Virus record (IMG/VR): IMGVR_UViG_3300027513_000011
Span: 64,001 to 81,989 of that record
Reading direction: 5' to 3' (one strand)
DNA: 17,989 bases
From: a virus
Lineage: Duplodnaviria > Heunggongvirae > Uroviricota > Caudoviricetes
A program made the translations under genes and the position numbers. Positions 7,038-13,386 of this stretch are shown here, piece by piece. Every line of letters begins with the position of its first letter. Positions within the stretch are counted from its first letter, which is position 1. The notes beneath the pieces were generated by a model that was not told the DNA's origin, did not search any database, and worked only from the letters and a program-made list of their open reading frames with translations.

Positions 7038-7147
7038 GTTCCTGCCCTCCTAGCCAACTTCTTCTTACCGTACTGAGTCAACGCGTTCCGATCATGGGCC
7101 TTGAGGCGCACCCGTCGTCGCCTTCTCCGTCTCTGCTTACCATTCAC
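7034..7147 (-). CDS. Arg/Lys-rich micro-protein (37 aa)
   Basis: GTG 7147 after AAGAGG; MNGKQRRRRRRRVRLKAHDRNALTQYGKKKLARRAGT*; the stop overlaps the next ATG (ATGA). Confidence 0.55.
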   Translation of the reverse strand: MNGKQRRRRRRRVRLKAHDRNALTQYGKKKLARRAGT

Positions 7148-7337
7148 GCGGCCTCTTAGGTGCTCGGTACTTCGGGAGTTCCAAGAATACGAGGCCAAGT
7201 TGACCAGCAGCCAACGCGACCACGGAGGCAATGAGAAAGATATCGGGAACCATGTCCAGGTAGGCAGCCATGATTAGCCATCCCCCGACACCTATCAGTC
7301 CTAGACAGGCAAGGGCAGCGAGTACTTTACGAGTCAC
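7137..7337 (-). CDS. Two-TM membrane protein (66 aa)
   Basis: GGAGG RBS; two hydrophobic segments; basic C-terminal tail. Confidence 0.75.
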   Translation of the reverse strand: MTRKVLAALACLGLIGVGGWLIMAAYLDMVPDIFLIASVVALAAGQLGLVFLELPKYRAPKRPREW

Positions 7338-7652
7338 TTACCCTCCCAGTCCAGTGTAATCCCACGGCGCCGCATGAAATGGCGACATCACGGCCTCGTC
7401 AGTCTCGGCACGGGAGACAGCGAGCTGGTGTTCCGATTCGCTCAGTGCCTTCTCCACCTGGCGGCTTCGCCTCATGTCGCAGGTCGCGTGGCCGGTGAGG
7501 GAGCGGGACACCAGCCACGCCCCGATACCTCCGGCCACGATGGGCCAGAAGAAGTCGCGGGCAATGCCGAACTCGACCACGAACGCGCTCTCGATGTCTC
7601 CGAACGAGACGCCACGCTTGGCCACCCAGCCCAGGATCAACAGCCAGGTCAT
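7338..7652 (-). CDS. Putative membrane protein (104 aa), first gene of the leftward operon from P7711
   Basis: GGAG RBS; hydrophobic FFWPIVAGGIGAWLVSRSL segment; directly downstream of a consensus promoter. Confidence 0.7.
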   Translation of the reverse strand: MTWLLILGWVAKRGVSFGDIESAFVVEFGIARDFFWPIVAGGIGAWLVSRSLTGHATCDMRRSRQVEKALSESEHQLAVSRAETDEAVMSPFHAAPWDYTGLGG

Positions 7653-7682
7653 TTTCTTCTACTCCCAGTTTTCCTACCCACC

Positions 7683-7711
7683 AGCGTACTACACCCCCGC
7701 CTACCTGTCAA
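7683..7711 (-). promoter_or_regulatory. sigmaA-type promoter TTGACA-N17-TACGCT
   Basis: Minus strand TTGACA (7711-7706), ggtaggcgggggtgtag, TACGCT (7688-7683). Confidence 0.8.
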
Positions 7712-7720
7712 CTTACAATT

Positions 7721-7739
7721 ACCCTTGCAACACAAGGGT
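7721..7739. promoter_or_regulatory. Operator-like inverted repeat ACCCTTG-N5-CAAGGGT between divergent promoters
   Basis: 7-bp arms at 7721-7727 and 7733-7739; a third CCCTTG at 7756-7761 overlaps the rightward -35. Confidence 0.45.
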
Positions 7740-7758
7740 TTCCAGCCATCCGAAGCCC

Positions 7759-7786
7759 TTGCCAACCCCCGATCCATCGCTAGGAT
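7759..7786 (+). promoter_or_regulatory. Probable rightward promoter TTGCCA-N16-TAGGAT
   Basis: TTGCCA 7759-7764 and TAGGAT 7781-7786, 26 nt upstream of the GTG of the rightward gene. Confidence 0.55.
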
Positions 7787-7812
7787 AAGCACCCCATCTC
7801 TCCCGAGGTTCC

Positions 7813-8754
7813 GTGGACGACTCAACCTACTTCGATCTGTCGTCCCTTGAACACGGCTCCGATGACTTTGGCTTCGACCCGAACAGCTACGACACCGACT
7901 GCCAAGTGGATGCCTGGCTGCACGACCGCATTGTACTCCACAAGTCTGGCACCATGCCAGCGCACAACCTGTGGTCCGAGCTCTACGTCGAGCGGGAGTT
8001 GCGCCGGCTCCCCGATGTGGTCGAGGCGCCCCGCCCTTGCGCCGATCCCAACTGCGTGTACCGCAGGACAGATGCCGCTTACCTGGCTCTGCGCCTGGTG
8101 CTGGCGATCAAGGAGTACGAGCAGCGTGGACTCCGACGCAACCCCGAGTTCTTCAGGGTCCGGGTAGTGAGTGCGGGCCGGGAATGGGAGGCGTTTCGGA
8201 AGGCGATCCAGCGAACAGGACGTAAGCCATCGGAAGCCAACAGGAATCAGCCTCCACTACCGATAGGTAACGTTAGATCTCGTGACGTGCCCCCTTGGTA
8301 CAGGAAGAATCTGGATGTCCCCATTACCCGCGGTCTTTCTTCTTCTTCTTATCCGCGGGTAACAGGGACAGGAAATATCTTCCAGTCGCCAGGCAGAGAG
8401 TGGGCTCTGGCGGTGCCGGATCTCGAAGGGAACTACCTTGCGGTGTGGTCGGCCAAGAGGATGCCGGACAGTGGTGATGCGTACAAGCTGGACGAGGCCC
8501 AGACCTTGATCCGATTCTACCTGGAGAAGCGAGACAAGGCGGAAGGTCGCAAGCCCAGGATCAAGAAGGTCGGACTCCCGAACGTAGACCCGAGAAGGCG
8601 GTGGTGCCCACAGTGCAGGGGCGAGGTCCGTAACAACATGAGCCAGATCAGGCTTGACAACGGGAAGAAGCGACCACCGACCTGCTTCTGGTGTGGGACC
8701 GAGACGGCCGCCTGGTACACCTTCGAGCATTACCGCGGGAAGGAAGTGACTTGA
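7813..8754 (+). CDS. 313-aa protein with C-terminal Zn ribbon; candidate replication initiator or DNA-binding protein
   Basis: Long ORF against the prevailing strand; C-terminal CPQC-x22-CFWC; basic central region; low-complexity SSSS linker containing a large inverted repeat. The function is inference. Confidence 0.7.
   Translation: MDDSTYFDLSSLEHGSDDFGFDPNSYDTDCQVDAWLHDRIVLHKSGTMPAHNLWSELYVERELRRLPDVVEAPRPCADPNCVYRRTDAAYLALRLVLAIKEYEQRGLRRNPEFFRVRVVSAGREWEAFRKAIQRTGRKPSEANRNQPPLPIGNVRSRDVPPWYRKNLDVPITRGLSSSSYPRVTGTGNIFQSPGREWALAVPDLEGNYLAVWSAKRMPDSGDAYKLDEAQTLIRFYLEKRDKAEGRKPRIKKVGLPNVDPRRRWCPQCRGEVRNNMSQIRLDNGKKRPPTCFWCGTETAAWYTFEHYRGKEVT
8316..8370. repeat. 18-bp imperfect inverted repeat around a (TCT)n pyrimidine tract, inside the 313-aa gene
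   Basis: TGTCCC-CA-TTACCCGCGG (8316-8333), tctttcttcttcttcttat, CCGCGGGTAA-CA-GGGACA (8353-8370); 16 of 18 positions pair. Confidence 0.85.
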
Positions 8755-8927
8755 CCTGTGACCAATGCGGGGCCGAACTCACCTACATGCACGGTCACGC
8801 CACATGCACAACCTCGGGCTGCCCGTGGGCGGGAGCGAACTTGGCACCATGCTGCGGTGGTGATATCATGGATCATCGCGTCGAGGCGCTAGCTGCCAGC
8901 AGTTGCGTAATCTCGATCGTGAACTAA
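8751..8927 (+). CDS. Small Cys/His-rich Zn-binding protein (58 aa)
   Basis: TTG 8751 overlaps the upstream TGA (TTGA), after GGAAGG; CDQCG..L...HGHATC....C........CCGG. Confidence 0.7.
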   Translation: MTCDQCGAELTYMHGHATCTTSGCPWAGANLAPCCGGDIMDHRVEALAASSCVISIVN

Positions 8928-9019
8928 GTGGTTGCCCCCACTCAAAGGTCTGGCAGCCGAGAGATGCCAGATGGGTTCGCCCCAATCAAGGTTCTCTCGG
9001 ACCTTGGGGGCGAACCTTT
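8927..9019. ncRNA. Candidate structured RNA or bidirectional terminator: two hairpins with complementary (kissing) loops
   Basis: HP1: TCTGGCA (8949-8955) / TGCCAGA (8965-8971), loop GCCGAGAGA. HP2: GGTTCGCCCC (8974-8983) + CAAGGT (8987-8992) / ACCTTG (9001-9006) + GGGGCGAACC (9007-9016), loop TCTCTCGG. CCGAGAGA and TCTCTCGG are exact reverse complements. Confidence 0.6.
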
Positions 9020-9020
9020 C

Positions 9021-9311
9021 TCACCAGCTCGTGATCCCCTTGTTCCGCAGCCTCACGACCTCGCCTCTCAGCCCGTCCGGCAACTTCATGCCGATGGCGG
9101 CGTACACGGAGGCCACAACGAGGGCAGTGCGAGGGCCGAAGTCACCTTTCGGAGCCCCCTTCTCCGCATCGCAGTACAAGGTGGCGCCGCGCCGGGCGTG
9201 AACGTCGGGGTTGCGGCCACAGAGGGAGCACTTCGGCCAGGGTGGTACTTCCACAATCTGGAAGCTCTCAGAGGCCCCAGAATCCGAGTTAGGGTCCAGG
9301 GGCATAGTCAC
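9021..9311 (-). CDS. Hypothetical protein with CxxC motif (~96 aa)
   Basis: CSLC...LYC; last gene of the leftward block, converging on the structured intergenic region. The start could be GTG 9311 or ATG 9305. Confidence 0.6.
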   Translation of the reverse strand: MTMPLDPNSDSGASESFQIVEVPPWPKCSLCGRNPDVHARRGATLYCDAEKGAPKGDFGPRTALVVASVYAAIGMKLPDGLRGEVVRLRNKGITSW

Positions 9312-9489
9312 CCACTTCCAGGGAAGCAGAGCCTTCTACCCCCCTAGGATGGGCTGTGGTGGCAAGTTTGAGGAGTCGACGCTTCCGGTCGCGACACAGA
9401 TGGGAGATACCGGCGATGACGGTGGGCGATTCGTAGGTGAACTCGCAGTTTGCGCACGCCCAGGTGTAGTACACTACGGGCTTGGTCAT
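9289..9489 (-). CDS. Small putative Zn-binding protein (66 aa)
   Basis: WACANC..Y.SP......HLC; ATGA coupling. Confidence 0.7.
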   Translation of the reverse strand: MTKPVVYYTWACANCEFTYESPTVIAGISHLCRDRKRRLLKLATTAHPRGVEGSASLEVGDYAPGP

Positions 9490-9728
9490 TCGTTCATCGG
9501 CTCCATTGAGGAGAGACGTGATTGCCAGTCGTTGTAGCGTTCTGTCACGTCCTCAAGATCGGCCAACTCATCGTCAGTGAGGCAAAAGGCCCTCATATAA
9601 AGACTGCCGTCAATCGTGATTCCTCCGAACGGCTCAGGGAAGCCTCGCCACTGGTCGCCACCCCTTTCGACTTCCTCCCAGTTGTAGTCTGGATAACGCT
9701 CCTCCTCACTGATTCCGATATACCTCAC
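9486..9728 (-). CDS. Hypothetical acidic protein (80 aa)
   Basis: Start moved to GTG 9728 (MRYIGISEEE), after GAGGAGG and overlapping the upstream TGA. Confidence 0.75.
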   Translation of the reverse strand: MRYIGISEEERYPDYNWEEVERGGDQWRGFPEPFGGITIDGSLYMRAFCLTDDELADLEDVTERYNDWQSRLSSMEPMNE

Positions 9729-9910
9729 AGATCCTCCTCTCGCGGGATTCCGACGATGAGGATACAGGCAGTGGTGGCCCCGAGCGCGTAGCCCCACAGT
9801 CCAGCTGCACCCCACCAGTCACGCTCGATTAGCAGCAGGTACCATGCGCCGAGAAAGAGGGTAAGGGCGGCTACCCCGAAGGCTGTTGAGGCGAACACTC
9901 GTATCTGCAT
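9725..9910 (-). CDS. Two-TM membrane protein (61 aa)
   Basis: Start MQIRVFAS (ATG 9910), 2 nt after the upstream micro-ORF stop; two hydrophobic helices. Confidence 0.7.
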   Translation of the reverse strand: MQIRVFASTAFGVAALTLFLGAWYLLLIERDWWGAAGLWGYALGATTACILIVGIPREEDL

Positions 9911-9912
9911 AA

Positions 9913-10038
9913 TCACAGCGGAGCGAATAGGATCACGACCACTACCCCGAAGCAGAGTAGGCTCGGGATCACTGTGAGCCAAGCCACACCGCCGTCGTCG
10001 GGACCGCGGCCTCGCAGGGTGTCAATCAGGTGTCTCAT
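9913..10038 (-). CDS. Single-pass membrane micro-protein (41 aa), not in ORF track
   Basis: AAGGAGG RBS; MRHLIDTLRGRGPDDGGVAWLTVIPSLLCFGVVVVILFAPL*; fills the gap. Confidence 0.7.
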   Translation of the reverse strand: MRHLIDTLRGRGPDDGGVAWLTVIPSLLCFGVVVVILFAPL

Positions 10039-10156
10039 CGGTCGAGTCCTCCTTATCCATATTCTCTACGAACTTCTCCACCCACTTGAAATCTATCGAA
10101 ATGGCGTCAGGATTGAGACGTTTCCACTCCATGAGAGCAAAGAGAAGTTTGTCCAT
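10022..10156 (-). CDS. Hypothetical protein (44 aa)
   Basis: Start MDKLLFALMEW (ATG 10156) after GAGGAG; TGATG overlap. Confidence 0.65.
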   Translation of the reverse strand: MDKLLFALMEWKRLNPDAISIDFKWVEKFVENMDKEDSTDETPD

Positions 10157-10410
10157 CAAAAGGGCTCCTCTCCCAAATTGTTCGGTACAATTACTTCTCT
10201 CGCGGTCGCGCAACTTCTCACATCAGCCAGCGTATCGGTGACCTCGTGACCGTGCAACCACCACAGGATCGTAGCCTCGGGGATCGGCATGTCTATGAAC
10301 TCGGTGCGCGACAGGTTCTCCCCGTAGACACCGTGATCCCAGAGAAGGTGGTGCATGGCGGCGAAGCGGCCAGGTCGGGAGGCGAACAGGTAGGCGAGCT
10401 GGGTGGTCAT
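10156..10410 (-). CDS. Hypothetical His-rich protein (84 aa)
   Basis: ATGA-coupled start; the stop overlaps the next ATG. Confidence 0.7.
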   Translation of the reverse strand: MTTQLAYLFASRPGRFAAMHHLLWDHGVYGENLSRTEFIDMPIPEATILWWLHGHEVTDTLADVRSCATAREVIVPNNLGEEPF

Positions 10411-10964
10411 CGCATCATCACCCTCGCGTGATGGTGACAGATATCGAAGTCCATGTTGTCGGCGTGCCCCATTGAGCAGTAGCAGTCAGCCTCGCGTACC
10501 CCCCACTCATCTGTCGTGTGGTTGCCACAGAACTCCTCGTCGGGCTGTGGTGTCAGGTTGTCGCACCCTTCAGCAGCCTTGCAGCGAGGCCAGTTGTCAT
10601 AGGATCCCCATTCCTCACCAGCCCCGCCCGGTATGGTGGCGTCCCTATACGCGCGCACTTCATCTGCCAGGTCGTCGGGCACCACGTCCTCCCCCACGCT
10701 GGCCGGCTCCACGAGATCCTTTCTTAGTCCTAGACTCTTGACCAGCTCGCCCTCGTCGTACAGCCTTTCGATCTCCCACTCGACCAGCAACCTGAACATC
10801 TCCGAGAAGCTGACCTTGTGGAAGTAGGCGAGAGCTCGGAAGGCTTGGCCGTAGTTGGCCTTGGGCCAGACCGTGACGTGCTCGGTGTACTCGCGCTTCC
10901 AGTGGGGTGACTGCGATGTGGCGGCACGGAAGGCGACGAGCATCGGGGAGTCGGGGTCAATCAC
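10407..10964 (-). CDS. RHH-like DNA-binding domain fused to two C-terminal Cys/His clusters (185 aa)
   Basis: HVTVW (beta), YGQAFRALAYFH (helix), KVSFSEMFRLLVEWEI (helix) form an RHH pattern; C-x5-C-x11-C-x2-H and C-x-C-x12-C-x2-H follow. Confidence 0.65.
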   Translation of the reverse strand: MIDPDSPMLVAFRAATSQSPHWKREYTEHVTVWPKANYGQAFRALAYFHKVSFSEMFRLLVEWEIERLYDEGELVKSLGLRKDLVEPASVGEDVVPDDLADEVRAYRDATIPGGAGEEWGSYDNWPRCKAAEGCDNLTPQPDEEFCGNHTTDEWGVREADCYCSMGHADNMDFDICHHHARVMMR

Positions 10965-11136
10965 GAGCCAGCGATCCTCTCATCCGCCGCTCTGTCTGGA
11001 TACCGGCCAGCTTACTCTTGGCGTTATCGAGCATATCTTCCAACAGTTCGATGGTGTTGCGAGCCTTGACGGCCTCGTTCACCAACTCAACGTCAGTCAT
11101 AAACACGATCAGTGACCTGTCCTCTGCGATACTCAT
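10957..11136 (-). CDS. Coiled-coil micro-protein (59 aa), not in ORF track
   Basis: MSIAEDRSLIVFMTDVELVNEAVKARNTIELLEDMLDNAKSKLAGIQTERRMRGSLARD*; ATGA-coupled; fills the gap. Confidence 0.75.
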   Translation of the reverse strand: MSIAEDRSLIVFMTDVELVNEAVKARNTIELLEDMLDNAKSKLAGIQTERRMRGSLARD

Positions 11137-11312
11137 TCCATCTCACCTTCCATCCTGTCGATAGTCTCACCGCACCGTAGGCAATGCACCACCAGGCCGT
11201 CAAGGGTATGCACCAGGACACAGGTTTCCTTGTCCGGGATCATGGCCTTACAGGTGGGGCAGTGAGCGGTGTTTCCGAATAGGCCGACGAAGTTCAAGTC
11301 GTAGAGGATCAT
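11133..11312 (-). CDS. Zn-ribbon protein (59 aa)
   Basis: Start MILYDLNF (ATG 11312), ATGA-coupled; CPTC...CLRC. Confidence 0.75.
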   Translation of the reverse strand: MILYDLNFVGLFGNTAHCPTCKAMIPDKETCVLVHTLDGLVVHCLRCGETIDRMEGEME

Positions 11313-11641
11313 GGCGTCCAGACCGTCCAGACTACAATAAATCGCAACATCCAGATAAGAAGCAGCACCGTTGAGGCGAAGCCCAGAATGTTTTCCCACC
11401 TTGCTGATCTCCACCAACCGAATGTTCCGGGCGGAATGAACAGGTGCTTTAGCGGTGGGTCAATAACCACCTTCGGTGCTGCTTCCTCGATCTCGCGGAT
11501 GGCTGCCCTCAGATCCTCGTCACGGGCCAGTTCCTGAACACGAAACCCACCCGTTACGTTGATGGTGCGGGTCCATGAGCCGATGCTAGGGCTTACTCCA
11601 GTCTCGATGTAGCCACAGTAGGTGCGCTCCAACTCACCCAT
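11309..11641 (-). CDS. Protein with C-terminal transmembrane anchor (110 aa)
   Basis: GGGGAG RBS; C-terminal ILGFASTVLLLIWMLRFIVVWTVW. Confidence 0.7.
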   Translation of the reverse strand: MGELERTYCGYIETGVSPSIGSWTRTINVTGGFRVQELARDEDLRAAIREIEEAAPKVVIDPPLKHLFIPPGTFGWWRSARWENILGFASTVLLLIWMLRFIVVWTVWTP

Positions 11642-11882
11642 CTCTCTCCCCTTTCGCCACTTTCAACATCTTCCTCAGCTCTCTCTCTATCGCACCTGGA
11701 TGCTGTCTCTCGAACTCGATGACCTCTCTCGCCACGAGATCCGCGATGAAGCCGGCCAGTGTCTTGCCGGCGAGCCCCGCCATCACCAGGGCAGCGGCGT
11801 GCTCGCGCGTGGTGAGAGGGGTGCGGACCTGGACGCGGCGACGGTGGCGCTTGTCGGCAAGGGTGAGGCGCTTATGGGGCAT
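11634..11882 (-). CDS. Ribbon-helix-helix (CopG/Arc-like) DNA-binding protein (82 aa)
   Basis: RVQVRTPLT (beta), REHAAALVMAGLAG (helix A, Gly turn), KTLAGFIADLV (helix B). Confidence 0.65.
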   Translation of the reverse strand: MPHKRLTLADKRHRRRVQVRTPLTTREHAAALVMAGLAGKTLAGFIADLVAREVIEFERQHPGAIERELRKMLKVAKGERDG

Positions 11883-12249
11883 CGATCACTATCACTGGCT
11901 TGTCGGGGGGGAACTTAGCAATGATCCCCTCGATGCTAGGCACCGTGCTTGTCAGGATCTCGTGAACCAGGTACTCAGGGTAGGCCAGTTCGTGTGTCAT
12001 GGTCCCTCGACCCACCAGTTCGTCCACCCGCTTCCACACCACATCAAACCCGGCGTAGTCAGGAGTGTCCAACAGGCTTGTCAGTTCGTCTGCTCGCTCC
12101 TGGGGCGTCATGGTGGTCGGGTCCGGGGCACTGGCGAGGGCCGCGCGGCACTCGGAACACCCGAATGGCAGCCCTCGCTCATCAGCCTCCGTCTTTGACA
12201 CCCTGTAGACGGTGATGTTGTGTGTTGGGCAGTTAGTGGTTTCGGTCAT
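11872..12249 (-). CDS. Hypothetical phage protein (125 aa) with N-terminal Cys/His cluster
   Basis: Start MTETTNCPTH (ATG 12249) after AGGAG, ATGA-coupled; CPTH...CSEC, then a helical ELVGRGTMTHELA segment. Confidence 0.75.
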   Translation of the reverse strand: MTETTNCPTHNITVYRVSKTEADERGLPFGCSECRAALASAPDPTTMTPQERADELTSLLDTPDYAGFDVVWKRVDELVGRGTMTHELAYPEYLVHEILTSTVPSIEGIIAKFPPDKPVIVIDAP

Positions 12250-12434
12250 GATTCTCCTGCTTCTAGTTGCTCCAGCCATACAGGCCGGTTGACGATGAAG
12301 TGCTGAACGTATGCGCACTTGGGGCAGACGTGTGTCTGCGGGCCGTTGGGGTAGACCTTGTGAGCTGGAGGGTTGTGCTCGTGGTGCAGGCAAGGTGCCT
12401 TGAACTGGTCGACTTCCTCACTGCGTATCGGCAT
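12246..12434 (-). CDS. Small putative Zn-binding protein (62 aa)
   Basis: C...EHNPP.H.VY..G..THVCPKC motif. Confidence 0.75.
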   Translation of the reverse strand: MPIRSEEVDQFKAPCLHHEHNPPAHKVYPNGPQTHVCPKCAYVQHFIVNRPVWLEQLEAGES

Positions 12435-12476
12435 GGCCCCTCATTATCTCTGCCGCAAAGGCATCCCAAACGTAGC

Positions 12477-12698
12477 TCATGCGTCTGTCTCTCTCCTGTG
12501 TAGCTCGATCCTCACTTCATACCCAAGCGCCCCGGCTATCCGCTCCAGGGTCCGCGTCGTCACGTTGGTCTGCCGGCGCAGCAGGTAGATGTGCTGCCGC
12601 TCGTATCCTCCACGCCTGGCGAGCTCGGAGTCGGTGACCCCTTGTTCGGCGGCGAGTAGGTCAATGTTGGCCCAGAAGTCGGTGAAGGTGTCAGTCAC
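12477..12698 (-). CDS. XRE/Cro-family helix-turn-helix regulator (73 aa)
   Basis: GTG 12698 after GAGGAG; AAEQGVTDSELARRGGYERQHIYLL...NVTTRTLERIAGALGYEVRIEL. Confidence 0.85.
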   Translation of the reverse strand: MTDTFTDFWANIDLLAAEQGVTDSELARRGGYERQHIYLLRRQTNVTTRTLERIAGALGYEVRIELHRRETDA

Positions 12699-12894
12699 GC
12701 GCGAACTCCTCAATGACGTTGCCGAAGAAGTCGGTCAAGGGTTCGGGGTATTGGCCGGCCCCTTTGCAGGAGGGCCACCGCCCGTAGTAGTCCACTCCTA
12801 TCCAGGTGAAGTGATGCCACACGGTGCCATCGAGTCGTAGGGCATGTTCCACTCCGCAGGATGAGCAGATGCCTCGGGGTCGCCGTTCAGTCAC
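12691..12894 (-). CDS. Small putative Zn-binding protein (67 aa)
   Basis: Start MTERRPRGIC (GTG 12894); CSSCG...LRLDG..WHH...CKGAG. Confidence 0.7.
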   Translation of the reverse strand: MTERRPRGICSSCGVEHALRLDGTVWHHFTWIGVDYYGRWPSCKGAGQYPEPLTDFFGNVIEEFARD

Positions 12895-13381
12895 CGCTAT
12901 CACACACGAACCTGTGGCCGCACTTCCGGCACCGGCCGATGTTGTAGCCGCGCCTCGGGTTGCTGCCGGCCCTGTCGTAGTCATGGACGCACCCGATGGT
13001 GACGAACAGTGCCGGGTAGTCTCGTCGTGGATTGTATGTTGTGTGGGCAGGGAACAAGGCAAGCAGGTTCCTAGTCTCCACCGGATCGCTCTGTCCTGCC
13101 GACTGAGCAGCCGTGAAGTTCACCGTCATGGTCCCCAATGTTTCGGGTCGTAGCGATCGGATCTCCTTGGGCAAGGTATCGAAACGCACTTGCCTGTAAG
13201 TGGTGAGCCCGCCGAGCATGAACCCATACCTAAAGGCATCATTAGGATTGTTTACCGTGTCCAACTCCTCGATCTTGAGCACCGGGAAGTCGGGCCAGTA
13301 GTTGTAGCCGGGCGCCTTCTCAGCGATGCGCTCCGTGACTATGTTGGCCTCGGCTGCTAGCTGGTCGTTGTAAGTGGTCAT
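12887..13381 (-). CDS. Hypothetical phage protein (~164 aa) with C-terminal CxH...CxxCG...DSGD domain
   Basis: Start ATG 13381 (MTTYND) or TTG 13390 overlapping the upstream TGA; terminal CVH...CRKCGHRFVCDSGD*. Confidence 0.75.
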   Translation of the reverse strand: MTTYNDQLAAEANIVTERIAEKAPGYNYWPDFPVLKIEELDTVNNPNDAFRYGFMLGGLTTYRQVRFDTLPKEIRSLRPETLGTMTVNFTAAQSAGQSDPVETRNLLALFPAHTTYNPRRDYPALFVTIGCVHDYDRAGSNPRRGYNIGRCRKCGHRFVCDSGD

Positions 13382-13386
13382 AGTGG

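Noticed and set aside
7715-7723. ACAATTACC matching the reverse complement of the last 9 bases of the window (possible att core or terminal repeat)
   Set aside because: Only 9 nt, expected by chance, and the terminal copy lies inside tupA signal-peptide codons.
1577-7850. Long plus-strand ORFs in the track (e.g. 1577..2071, 2248..2805, 2760..3230, 5776..6309, 7374..7850) and similar ones further right
   Set aside because: They are antisense shadows of well-supported minus-strand genes; long open antisense frames are expected at high GC, and they lack RBSs, coupling and motifs.
8927-9019. Known ribozyme, riboswitch or tRNA identity for the structured intergenic region
   Set aside because: No CUGANGA/GAAA hammerhead core, no HDV-like nested P1/P3 order, no ACGR loops and no tRNA cloverleaf on either strand. 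It is kept only as an unassigned structure.
12418-12480. Possible 20-aa ORF MSYVWDAFAAEIMRGHADTQ, ATGA-coupled to the XRE gene
   Set aside because: The RBS is poorly spaced, it overlaps the next gene by 17 nt and it has no motif; plausible but not supportable.
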